This document shows positions 8,717 through 17,340 of a stretch of 18,894 bases of DNA, in pieces. Under the pieces are notes generated by a model. The model was not told the origin of the DNA and did no database searches. It saw only the letters and a program-made list of their open reading frames with translations. The position numbers were made by a program, and so were the translations under genes. Every line of letters begins with the position of its first letter. The first letter of the stretch is position 1. Source of the stretch: an uncultured bacterium (GTDB lineage: Bacteria; Hydrogenedentota; Hydrogenedentia; Hydrogenedentales; JAEUWI01); the NCBI GenBank assembly GCA_963977445.1, contig CAXBPH010000128.1:1-18894 (forward strand). Reading direction: 5' to 3'.

Positions 8717-9574
8717 ATGAAATCATGTATTAGTTATTGGACACTTGGCGGCTTTGGGGGCGAGGTGCCCGTGGTCGAAGCGGCCCAGGCAGCCCACGAT
8801 TTGGGCTTTGATGCGATCGAACTTTGTTACGGTGCGGGCGAGTTGGTGCCAGAGGCCGACCCGGCCGTGTTTGCGGAGATGCGTTCGGCGTGCGAGAAAA
8901 TCGGCATTGCCCTGCCCTCCCTGTGCTCGGGCAACTATTGGATTCAATCCCTGAGTGCCGACGATGAAGCCGAACGTGCGGAAGCCCTGAAATTTTCCGA
9001 GGCTTACATTGCGTGCGCCGCGGCCCTCGGTGCCGATACGGTTCTCATGTTGCCCGGCACGGTGGAAGTGCCCTGGAATCCAGAGCGGCCCATCGTCCCG
9101 GCGAAAGTTGCCTGGGAACAATCCCAGCGGTCGCTGGCAGCGTTGATTCCCGTGGCGGAAAAGCACGGTATCACGATTGCCCTGGAAAATGTCTGGGGTA
9201 AGTTTCTCACCGGACCCTTCGAATTTGCGGCCTTTCTGGATGCCGTCGATTCTCCCTGGGTGAAGTGCTACTTCGATGTGGGCAACGTAGCGATCACGGG
9301 CTATCCCGAGCACTGGATAGAAATCCTGGGCGATCGCATCGCCCGGGTCCACGTGAAGGGCTTTAAAGGCCGCAATGGTGGGGGAACGATGGATGATTTC
9401 ACCGAGAGTCATTTCGACAGCACCATCAATTGGACGGCGGTGCTGGGGGCCCTCCGTGGGATTGGCTACGACAGCTACCTCACGGCCGAGCTCATCGTGA
9501 GTGCCAAGGGCCTGCCCGACGCAGACTTGGCGGCGAAGGCGGCGAAGGAACTGAAGGAATTGATGGCGATGTAG
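8717..9574 (+). CDS. Sugar phosphate isomerase/epimerase (xylose-isomerase-like TIM barrel, AP endonuclease 2 family)
   Basis: GAAGGA RBS; GFDAIEL, metal-ligand motifs IALENVW, YFDVGN, RVHVK, LTAE. Confidence 0.88.
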   Translation: MKSCISYWTLGGFGGEVPVVEAAQAAHDLGFDAIELCYGAGELVPEADPAVFAEMRSACEKIGIALPSLCSGNYWIQSLSADDEAERAEALKFSEAYIACAAALGADTVLMLPGTVEVPWNPERPIVPAKVAWEQSQRSLAALIPVAEKHGITIALENVWGKFLTGPFEFAAFLDAVDSPWVKCYFDVGNVAITGYPEHWIEILGDRIARVHVKGFKGRNGGGTMDDFTESHFDSTINWTAVLGALRGIGYDSYLTAELIVSAKGLPDADLAAKAAKELKELMAM

Positions 9575-9636
9575 GGGGTGGGTTTAACCGCAGAGAACAC
9601 AGAGCAGCCATTGGCCGCAACTGAAAAAATTCTTAC

Positions 9637-9802
9637 CACGAAGGGCACGAAGAGCACGAAGAAAAAAGAGAGAGACGGGCGGAGTTTCCGAAACAAATTT
9701 CCTGCCTGTGCGTGAAAGACAGACTTTACCTGCGCTGAACACAATCTTATGAGACCTCTTCTTCCTATCACTTTTTTCTTCGTGCTCTTCGTGTCCTTCG
9801 TG
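9637..9802. repeat. 32-bp inverted repeat built of 9-bp units (cacgaagRg) around a 102-bp non-coding spacer
   Basis: 9637-9668 cacgaagggcacgaagagcacgaagaaaaaag versus 9771-9802 cttttttcttcgtgctcttcgtgtccttcgtg: 31/32 complementary. Confidence 0.9.
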
Positions 9803-9837
9803 CTAGAACGGAAAAAGAAGTCTTTCGTTCAGGTTGT

Positions 9838-10032
9838 CCAACAGGGGGTTGGCCATACCTGGCCGACATACGGCCCACTTCAGGTTCCACAGGGCCCGTG
9901 ATGTTGTAAGGCGAGCCACAAGTTTCTCCCCCTATTCTCTTTGGCGTCCGACGTTTACTGGACAAGGTTTGGTGGGGCGTTGACTATCTCCGTACCCGTT
10001 GTGTCAGGCAGGAATGCCCGCCCCCCTGTTGG
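9838..10032. repeat. Degenerate inverted REP-like pair (REPIN/MITE-like), 31-bp arms
   Basis: 9838-9868 versus 10002-10032: outer 11 bp perfect (ccaacaggggg / ccccctgttgg), 25/31 overall by manual alignment. Confidence 0.65.
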
Positions 10033-10129
10033 TCTTGTCGGGTAGGATTATGACACGGCCTACGACTTGTCGTGTCCTTGCTTGGGTACCACCCCAGAGA
10101 TATCTATTTGTGGCCAGAAAATAGGTTGT

Positions 10130-11380
10130 TTATCGGGTCACTTCCACCAGGAACATCTGCCGCGTGCGCGTCTTATCGTCGGCGATGGTGGGGAAGACGA
10201 TCTGATTGCTTGCCCGATTCCAACAGGGGGCGGCGTCGATGCGTAGCTCGCCCGAGGTCCAATGGTCCACGGGGAAGGGGCCCGCGCGAAGCACGTCGCT
10301 GGTCTTGCGGTTGAGGAAGACATAGGCGTTTGCTTTGCCAATACGGTGGCCGTTGGCGAGCCAGGTGCCATCGGGAGAAAGGGCCACGTCGCCGCCGGGG
10401 TTCGCGAATATGCTGGGGTCCTCCAGCACCTCGACCACTTGTTGCGTATCGGTGTCGTAAATAATCTGTTCGTCGCCCCGTTTGCCAATCATGCGGTGAC
10501 CGTCCGCCCATTCCGGGTGGCCGCCGATGTGTTGGGGGTGCAGGGTGAGGCCCGTTCCATCGGTGTTGATGGTGAAGGGCACATCCAGCCGCTTCTCTCG
10601 GTCTTCAAAATCGCCCCGGACGAAGAAATAGACCCGGTCTCCATCGCGATTGTTCAGGGTATGGTTGATGAACAATTCCTTCTCATCCACATCCGGTCGG
10701 GTGGGGCGCAGGGCGTCTGCGAGTTGCTCGAAAGAGACCAGCAAAGATTTTTCACCCGTCGCGATAGCCACCTTGAAGATGCCATCGTCTTTCGGATGGC
10801 GAACCCCGACGGTCCAGTCATAAACCTCTGGATAACCCGTCACAGGACGCAAGCGGGCGAGTCGTCCATAGTTTAAGCCGAGGAAGAATTCACCACGCTG
10901 TGCAACGCCTCCATTGGCGAAAGGGGTATCCTCAAATCGGAATTCCCGAATGCGTTTTCCCGTCGTGATATCCAGCAACACCGTGAAAATACGATTGGTC
11001 TCGGGGTCACGGTCGTTAAAGATGAGTTCCCGGTCGGGGGCGGCGGGATTCCAATAGAACATGGTGCCCTGCTGAAAATTCCAGGCACCCGTAGTGTCTA
11101 TCTGGCGTACCGCGAAATTATTTTGCGCATCCAACAAGACAATGTCCGCACGCTCTTTTGCCGTAGGCATATGGTCCTGAAAGTTCGTGCGCAGGGCCAC
11201 CAGATAGCGACCGTCGCCATTCCACGGAGTGTTTTGCACATGGCCGATGTACCCGAAGAAATGATGCTGGGGCCCAAAGGTAATTTGTCGACCTTTCAGC
11301 GGCTCGGCAACGAGGCTTGACGCGTGTAACAGGACCAACGCGATCAGCGCCTGCCCAACACGGCGATACAGGCTCCTCAT
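10130..11380 (-). CDS. Secreted beta-propeller protein (TolB-like / oligogalacturonate-lyase-like), function uncertain
   Basis: Signal peptide; HHFFGY, PWNGDGRY, AWNFQQG, FINHTLNNRDGDRVYF, GHPEWADG, LSPDGTWLA, RIDAAPCWNR propeller-blade motifs. ATGA overlap with the upstream gene's stop. Confidence 0.75.
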   Translation of the reverse strand: MRSLYRRVGQALIALVLLHASSLVAEPLKGRQITFGPQHHFFGYIGHVQNTPWNGDGRYLVALRTNFQDHMPTAKERADIVLLDAQNNFAVRQIDTTGAWNFQQGTMFYWNPAAPDRELIFNDRDPETNRIFTVLLDITTGKRIREFRFEDTPFANGGVAQRGEFFLGLNYGRLARLRPVTGYPEVYDWTVGVRHPKDDGIFKVAIATGEKSLLVSFEQLADALRPTRPDVDEKELFINHTLNNRDGDRVYFFVRGDFEDREKRLDVPFTINTDGTGLTLHPQHIGGHPEWADGHRMIGKRGDEQIIYDTDTQQVVEVLEDPSIFANPGGDVALSPDGTWLANGHRIGKANAYVFLNRKTSDVLRAGPFPVDHWTSGELRIDAAPCWNRASNQIVFPTIADDKTRTRQMFLVEVTR

Positions 11381-13620
11381 TGTTCCGCCTCCATCACGAT
11401 GCGCAAGCCAAAGCCCACGCCAGGCGCGTAACCGTAGCGGGCAGCGCTTCGGATGAACTCCGCCTTACTCTTGGCCTGCCCACCCCTGAGGACCTTCGCG
11501 CCATTACCCGAAGGGCCCATGGGGTCGATGATCGGGTCCGTACTGTATTTACGACCCACGTTGTCCAGACAATACTGGGCCTGATTCCCATGCATATCAT
11601 AGAGGCCCCAGGGATTGGGCGGATACTGGGCCACGGGCACGTTTTTACCGATGTAGTCCCCTCCGGGATTGAAGCGGGTGGGTTCGTGCCCATCAAAATT
11701 AGCTTGGTCCGTCGAGATGGTCTCGCCCGTGTAGAAAGCCGTTGTGGTGCCGGCGCGGCAGGCATATTCCCATTCGGCTTCCGTGGGCAATCGAAACGTA
11801 CGGCCTGTCTTCTGGCTGAGTAACTTACAAAACTCCTCGCCCTCAAACCAGGTGACTTCGTGGGCTGGAAAATTTTCCTCGCCTTCCCGGGTGCGCCGTT
11901 CGGTGGGGCCCATGACGGTGACGTACTGGTGGTTCGTGATGAGGGTCGTGCCCATGAAGAAATCGCGACTGATGGTTACCGGTTGCTGGGGGTGTTCGTC
12001 CCTTTCTCCACCCTCGCGCTCGGGGGAACCCATGAGAAACGTGCCCGCCGGGATGGGGGCGAGATCGAGATGGGCGATGTCGCCGAGGTGGACCCGTTGC
12101 ACCGCACCGTGTGATTCAAGACGGACCTCCATGGCGGCCATGGCTGCGTCCCGTGCGGCCACCTGCTCCTCTGCCTCTGCCTTTATCCGGGTATCGTATT
12201 CCGACTTTTGCGTGGCGCAGCGGGTCAGGGCATCCTCCTGTAATTGTCGGAAAACGGCCGCGTCTATCTGCACGTCCGCTTCCGCCACGTTGGGATCGGT
12301 GCCGTTGAGGAATTCCTCCAGGTTGGGATAGCCATCCCCATCGGGGTCCGCCAGGTAATCCTCCATCGCAACCGTGTCGAGGTCGTGCTCCAACTCCCAG
12401 GTGTCGGGCATTCCATCCAAATCCGTATCCGTTGGTGGGACTTCGGCCATGAGGACGGGCCAGCCACCTACATCCGTTGGGGAGTCGATGATGCGGCCTG
12501 TCCCGGTCCGAATCTCTTCCATGAGTCGCCGGTCGGCACTGTCCTGTTTCGGTAGCGTGGCCCCGGCAAACGCGAGGACGCGATCCCGTGCTTCCACGGC
12601 GGACTCGGTCGCGACCGCCACTGTCGTAAAGGGAAGGTCTACCATGACGGTATCCTGTAAGGTGTCCGCATCCGAATCTCGGGCGGGCTTGAGTAAGAGG
12701 CGGTTGTTCTCGGTCTGGGCTGCCTCCCCTTCCAACACGTTGCCATCGAAATAGAGACGGGGGGCATCATCGCCCGCCTCAAAGACGTAGGTACGCATCG
12801 ATTTCCTGGTGGAGGGGCCTGCTTTGAAATAATTGTTAATGTAATTAATGGAACCCGGGCCTTCGGTGGTGTAGCCGCCCCGATAGCCCCAGTTGTAGAC
12901 GATGTTATTGCGGAAATCGAGGAGTATGTTGTTGACCCGGGCGTTGCGCGCTGCGTTGTGGGCGTAGATGTTGTGATGGAGCGAAAAGCCACCCTTGCCA
13001 TCGAGGATGGAACCCTTGCTGTGTTCCCCCTTGGGGTGGAAGGAACGGGATAGGCCCTCGGCAATGATGCTCCACTGGACCGTCAAATTCGACGCGCCAA
13101 AGGTGCTAAATACTTCGTCTACCGCCCAGGACATGGAGCAATGGTCGATGATGCTATTGGAGCCGCCAAAGACGCCGACGGTCAACTGTTCTTCCTGTGG
13201 GCGGTCGCCCGCGCGGAAACGAAGATGGCGGAGGATGATATCGTGGGTGCTGATGACGACCATGTGGTCACGGAAGGCGATACCGTCACCCGGAGCGCTC
13301 TGCCCAGCCACGGTGAGGAAAGGATTCTGTATGTAGAGGTCGGCCTTCAGGTCGATGGTGCCACTTGTGCGAAAGAGGATGTAGCGGGGGCCTGTGGCAT
13401 CCACGGCCGCGCGGAAACTGCCAGCGATAGGGTCCTCTTTTCCCGGAACGTAATCCTCCAGGGCAGTAACGAAATGAACCGTGCCGCCCCGTCCTCCCGG
13501 TGTGGTCGCCCCATAGCCTTCGGCTTCAGGAAAAGACCGGAGCAAGGTCTCTTGTCCTGCTACTGGAAGTTCAAATAGAAGGGCGACAATGAGGGCCCCG
13601 ACCCAAATCTTGATTGACAT
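11377..13620 (-). CDS. PL1-type pectate lyase fused to a C-terminal FGE-sulfatase (SUMF1/EgtB/PvdO) fold domain
   Basis: Likely start ATG 13620 (MSIKIW.., signal peptide, CAGGA RBS). SFPEAEGYGATTPGGRGG, GSFRAAV, TVAGQSAPGDG, IIDHCSMSWAVDE, HHNIYAHN..RNAR; Ca-binding-like DTDLDGMPDTWE / DPDGDGYPNLEEFLN; then PAGTFLMGS, RLPTEAEWEYACRAGT, NPWGLYDMHGN, VLRGG. Confidence 0.85.
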   Translation of the reverse strand: MSIKIWVGALIVALLFELPVAGQETLLRSFPEAEGYGATTPGGRGGTVHFVTALEDYVPGKEDPIAGSFRAAVDATGPRYILFRTSGTIDLKADLYIQNPFLTVAGQSAPGDGIAFRDHMVVISTHDIILRHLRFRAGDRPQEEQLTVGVFGGSNSIIDHCSMSWAVDEVFSTFGASNLTVQWSIIAEGLSRSFHPKGEHSKGSILDGKGGFSLHHNIYAHNAARNARVNNILLDFRNNIVYNWGYRGGYTTEGPGSINYINNYFKAGPSTRKSMRTYVFEAGDDAPRLYFDGNVLEGEAAQTENNRLLLKPARDSDADTLQDTVMVDLPFTTVAVATESAVEARDRVLAFAGATLPKQDSADRRLMEEIRTGTGRIIDSPTDVGGWPVLMAEVPPTDTDLDGMPDTWELEHDLDTVAMEDYLADPDGDGYPNLEEFLNGTDPNVAEADVQIDAAVFRQLQEDALTRCATQKSEYDTRIKAEAEEQVAARDAAMAAMEVRLESHGAVQRVHLGDIAHLDLAPIPAGTFLMGSPEREGGERDEHPQQPVTISRDFFMGTTLITNHQYVTVMGPTERRTREGEENFPAHEVTWFEGEEFCKLLSQKTGRTFRLPTEAEWEYACRAGTTTAFYTGETISTDQANFDGHEPTRFNPGGDYIGKNVPVAQYPPNPWGLYDMHGNQAQYCLDNVGRKYSTDPIIDPMGPSGNGAKVLRGGQAKSKAEFIRSAARYGYAPGVGFGLRIVMEAEQ

Positions 13621-13697
13621 GTGTGCCGTGTCCTGACCGTAACATAGAAAGACCCATTTGAAAACAACGGCCATTGTGCCGTTGGAGGGGCCTTGAT

Positions 13698-14693
13698 TCA
13701 ACCCTCCGGGGCGGCACGCAGAACGATGAGTAGCATATAGAGCAAATAGCCGGCGAAGAGCACCGCACCTTCCCGTCGGGAAAGCACGCCACCAGAGCGC
13801 ACAAAGGGGATCAGTGCCACCGAAAAGAGGATCATGAGCGGGACGCCCACGTAGGCGGCCTCCCACCCGATAGGCTGTGGCCCTACGATGGCGCAGCCCC
13901 CCAGGATGGCAAGTATATTGAAGATGTTGGATCCGATGACGTTGCCCACGGCCACGTCCGCATTGCCCCGCCACGCGGCGACAATGGAAGTCACCAGTTC
14001 CGGCAGAGAGGTTCCCACGGCGACAATGGTGAGTCCGATAATTAACTCGCTAACCCCGAGCGAAAGGGCGAGGTCCGTGGCGCTGGTAACAAAATACCGA
14101 GCGCCGAAAATCAGGAGAACCAGCCCCATCAGCCCCAGAAAAAGTTGGAACAGAAAGGAACCCATCGTCATCGTGCGCGGCGTTTCGGTGAGGAGGGAGG
14201 AGACAACTTCGGCTTCCGCCCGTGTCTGAACTTCTTGTTGCGCTGCCCGGTCTTTGAAATAGGCCGCAGTGAGATACACAGCGAGCAAGAGCAGACAGCC
14301 GACACCCAGGGGGCGAGTCACGGCACCGACAGTCCAAAAACCAATCAGGGGAATTACACAGATGGCCAGGGCGACGAAGAGGTCTCGTCGCACCGCCGAA
14401 AAGGCAATCCGGATCGGACGAATCATGGCCGTGAGCCCGAGGATAAAGGCGATATTGAAGATATTGGAGCCAATGACATTGCCGATACTGATACCCGCGT
14501 TGCCCGAGAGCGTGGCCGACATACTCGCGCCCAGCTCCGGCGAGGAGGTGCCAAAGCCCACCACGGTCAGTCCGACAAAAAGGGGGGAGACGCCCGCACG
14601 TAAGGCCAGGGTCGAAGCGCCCCGCACAAAGAGTTCCGCGCCCAGGGTGAGCACCGCCACGGAAACACCAAGGATAACCAGCGAAATCAGCAT
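13698..14693 (-). CDS. Calcium/sodium antiporter (CaCA family, YrbG-like)
   Basis: Likely start ATG 14693 after GGAG; highly hydrophobic; two alpha repeats GFGTSSPEL..GNVIGSNIFN and AVGTSLPEL..GNVIGSNIFN. Confidence 0.92.
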   Translation of the reverse strand: MLISLVILGVSVAVLTLGAELFVRGASTLALRAGVSPLFVGLTVVGFGTSSPELGASMSATLSGNAGISIGNVIGSNIFNIAFILGLTAMIRPIRIAFSAVRRDLFVALAICVIPLIGFWTVGAVTRPLGVGCLLLLAVYLTAAYFKDRAAQQEVQTRAEAEVVSSLLTETPRTMTMGSFLFQLFLGLMGLVLLIFGARYFVTSATDLALSLGVSELIIGLTIVAVGTSLPELVTSIVAAWRGNADVAVGNVIGSNIFNILAILGGCAIVGPQPIGWEAAYVGVPLMILFSVALIPFVRSGGVLSRREGAVLFAGYLLYMLLIVLRAAPEG

Positions 14694-14715
14694 TCCGAAC
14701 CACGCTCCAAAAAGA

Positions 14716-14823
14716 CGCCCATCCAAATTTCGGGTTCGCCCGATCACGCCGCTACGGAGTGGACGTGGTCAGAGAACCCAAAGGTGGGTGACGCAGGCCG
14801 AGAGCCTGCGTCCCTTTATACCA
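14716..14823. other. Densely base-paired intergenic segment (candidate structured RNA or leader) upstream of the antiporter
   Basis: Stems 14716-23/14783-90, 14730-43 (TTCG loop), 14744-68, 14790-14812 (9-bp perfect stem); minus-strand TGgTATAAA at 14823-14815. Confidence 0.35.
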
Positions 14824-15039
14824 TATGGGCGCGCAGTTTATTCGTTTTCGGCGGCGGAAAGGGAAAATAAATAGGTGGCGTCTTTGGTGCCCACCCGTCG
14901 ACCATGAAGGGCCTGTCTTCCGCGCGGGAGGCTGCTGTCTCATCAGGCGTGGCAAATACGCGGAAATAGCCTTGGTCTGACGCGAAATCAAGATCAGGTA
15001 CTACGCCCTGGGAGGGCAGGATTTATATGTCGCCTGACT

Positions 15040-15069
15040 TTGACAAAATAACCAGGTTCCGTGCATCAT
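15040..15069 (+). promoter_or_regulatory. Putative sigma70 promoter of the protease gene
   Basis: TTGACA (15040-15045) N18 CATCAT (15064-15069); the -10 box is weak. Confidence 0.35.
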
Positions 15070-15098
15070 GAGGGGCGGAACACGCGAACAAACTGGGG

Positions 15099-17159
15099 AT
15101 GGACGTAGTAATGCAACCGGATTCCAAGGCGCTGGCGGAAGCAAAAGCGCTTATCAACTGCATCCAGGTAACCGATGATCCCACCGAGCAAAATCGGCTG
15201 TGGAATCGGTATTACCGGTTGTCGGATCGTGTCTTTCCCGAGACGGCCGCGCTGCATCAACGATACAAGAGCCTTAGCGGGGCCGAGCGCCAGCGGTTCA
15301 AGCAAGAATATATGGAGCTCGTCCGCCGTATGTGGGCGGCTACCCATCCCGAAGCCGCGCTCAGTTTTTCCATTGGGAATTCGCCCCCGCCTCGTCCGAC
15401 TGCGGCCGCACCGCGCCGAGCGGCGTCCCGGAAGGCACAAGCATCAAAGCGGCGTTCCTTCAGTCCCCTGGCCCTGGTTATAGTTGTCGTATTTTTGGCC
15501 GTTTGTGGCACCTACTGGTGGCGCACGTACCAAGGGAAAGAATCCCCTGCCTTCGTCAACGAGCCCCCGGTAGCCCAGGTCGAGCGGACCGCACCGATGG
15601 AAACCTCGGTGGAAGCGGTCGCTAACCGGGCGGAAATTACCCTCCCTGTAGAGGATGAAAAGGAAAAAGAGGCCGCCATCGATGCGGAACTTGCCCGCAC
15701 GATTCTTCCTGAATTCAAATCCTTGCCCAATGCCTTGCGGGGCAAGGGTGATCGCGTCGTTGCCGGTTCTCAGGTTTACGACGATGTCTACGTAATCGAA
15801 AGTGCCTCCCAATACTTTGTCCGCATTCCTGAGGAGGCGTCGGTGGAAACCTTCGACAAGACGGAAGCCACCGTCGTGTTGGGCAGTGATCCCGAAGATC
15901 GTAAGGCTGTATTGGCACTATGGTACGACAACCAGGGTGCCATCGAAGCGGCCCAGGCGCGGCGCGAAACGGAAAAAAATGTTCGCCTGGCGTCCTATTA
16001 CAAGGCCCAGGAAAAACTCCGCGAGGAGCGGAAGCTTGCCCAGGATCGGGAGCGCTGGCGGGTTAAAGGGCAGGATTGGCGAAACCTCACCGTGGAGCAA
16101 CGTCAGACGGCCCGCCTTGAGGCCTATTCCAACTGGCAGGGCGTGCAAATCGAGGTGCGGACTCTGGAAGAGCTCTACTACAACATTTCCAAAGCATACG
16201 AACTTATCGGAATTTCCGATTCGCGACTGAGTCGTCTCGCGAAAGCAAACCGCCAGTTGGCGCGGGAGCGGGGAGCGAGTCTGGAGCTCGAAGGGGCGCT
16301 CATTTCTTACGAATTCGACCGAGATGAGATACTGCGAGAAGTGGGAAGCTGGGAAGAAGAATATTACCGGCTCCTCGATGAAGTGAATGAGGTTTATGAC
16401 GACTACGCCGCCCGGGTCGAAGAAATAAAGCAACTCGACAATCTGCTTCCCTCGGCGATGCGCGACGCGGAAGCCATCACCGATTGGGATAAGCCCCTGG
16501 ATAATGAACAAGGGGCCATCGGTTCCAGCGGTGGCGTCGGTACGGGCTTTGTCGTGTCGGAAGGCTATGTCATGACCTGTGCCCACGTCGTGCGGGGCGG
16601 CACCAGCATAACGGCAACGTCCACGGCGGGGATTGATTACACCGCCGAGGTGGTTACGATGGATACCGCCAACGACTGGGCCCTGTTGAAGGTCGAGGGA
16701 CTCACCGGTGCCCCCATTCCCGTGGCGACAGGAAAGCCCAATGTGGGTGCCACAATCTACTGCCTGGGCTATCCCTTGGGCGGCATCAAGGACAGCGCAG
16801 ACCCTATCGTGGGCAGCGGTAATATCGCCGCCCTGCAGCGCCTCGATGGGGACCGGCGTTTCATGCAGATTACGGCCCCCGTCAATCCAGGTAACTCCGG
16901 CGGCCCCGTCCTGGACCAGAAGGGGCGATGGGTGGGCATGGTGTCCCAGAAAATGAACGACCAGAAAACGCTGGATGCCGCCCAGACCGTGGCCCAAGGC
17001 ATCAATTTCGCCGTGAAGGCGTCGGTTATTCAACCCATAATCGACCCGCGCAAAGGCGTCAAATTGGCGACCTTTAAAGGCGATGCGAAGGTTCCCATGT
17101 CCCTCGAAAAAATCGCCGCGACCCTGGCACCCTCCATCGTCCGTATTACGGTGCAGTAG
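15099..17159 (+). CDS. Membrane-anchored trypsin-like (S1) serine protease with long coiled-coil region
   Basis: TM ALVIVVVFLAVCGTYWW; charged helical middle; GTGFVV, TCAHVV (His), NDWALLKV (Asp), LGYP, VNPGNSGGP (Ser); no PDZ domain. Confidence 0.88.
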   Translation: MDVVMQPDSKALAEAKALINCIQVTDDPTEQNRLWNRYYRLSDRVFPETAALHQRYKSLSGAERQRFKQEYMELVRRMWAATHPEAALSFSIGNSPPPRPTAAAPRRAASRKAQASKRRSFSPLALVIVVVFLAVCGTYWWRTYQGKESPAFVNEPPVAQVERTAPMETSVEAVANRAEITLPVEDEKEKEAAIDAELARTILPEFKSLPNALRGKGDRVVAGSQVYDDVYVIESASQYFVRIPEEASVETFDKTEATVVLGSDPEDRKAVLALWYDNQGAIEAAQARRETEKNVRLASYYKAQEKLREERKLAQDRERWRVKGQDWRNLTVEQRQTARLEAYSNWQGVQIEVRTLEELYYNISKAYELIGISDSRLSRLAKANRQLARERGASLELEGALISYEFDRDEILREVGSWEEEYYRLLDEVNEVYDDYAARVEEIKQLDNLLPSAMRDAEAITDWDKPLDNEQGAIGSSGGVGTGFVVSEGYVMTCAHVVRGGTSITATSTAGIDYTAEVVTMDTANDWALLKVEGLTGAPIPVATGKPNVGATIYCLGYPLGGIKDSADPIVGSGNIAALQRLDGDRRFMQITAPVNPGNSGGPVLDQKGRWVGMVSQKMNDQKTLDAAQTVAQGINFAVKASVIQPIIDPRKGVKLATFKGDAKVPMSLEKIAATLAPSIVRITVQ

Positions 17160-17340
17160 AACCATTCGCGGGCCATTCGATTCCCCACGGTGTCCGTCGG
17201 TATAATTGCGCCACCCAAACGTATCACCCGGTACGGGCGGTGATCTCTCCCGAAAGCCTTCCAAGGGTCTTGATAGTTGGACCAATCCGATTTCGGGTGT
17301 ATATATTCGCCCCACCGTTCCTCATTTAAAGGAGTTTTCT

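Noticed and set aside
11377..11500. Diversity-generating retroelement variable region in the FGE-fold C-terminus
   Set aside because: No template repeat or reverse transcriptase in the window; a remote one cannot be excluded.
13621..13974. N-terminal extension of the 865-aa ORF
   Set aside because: Overlaps the antiporter gene; the signal peptide and RBS indicate a start at 13620.
14895..14950. Hammerhead ribozyme (minus-strand CTGATGA followed by gac...gtc)
   Set aside because: The required GAAA after stem II reads GACG, and stems I and III are not evident.
15000..15012. 13-bp match actacgccctggg to 18397-18409
   Set aside because: A match this short is expected by chance in 19 kb, and there is no flanking similarity.
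15918..17315. 465-aa minus-strand ORF and other overlapping ORFs (e.g. 7322-8074, 8723-9412, 17485-18234)
   Set aside because: Antisense to well-supported genes; no motifs.
17206..17340. N-terminal extension of the metallophosphoesterase
   Set aside because: A strong AAGGAG precedes GTG 17341; TATAAT at 17201-17206 suggests this stretch is leader.
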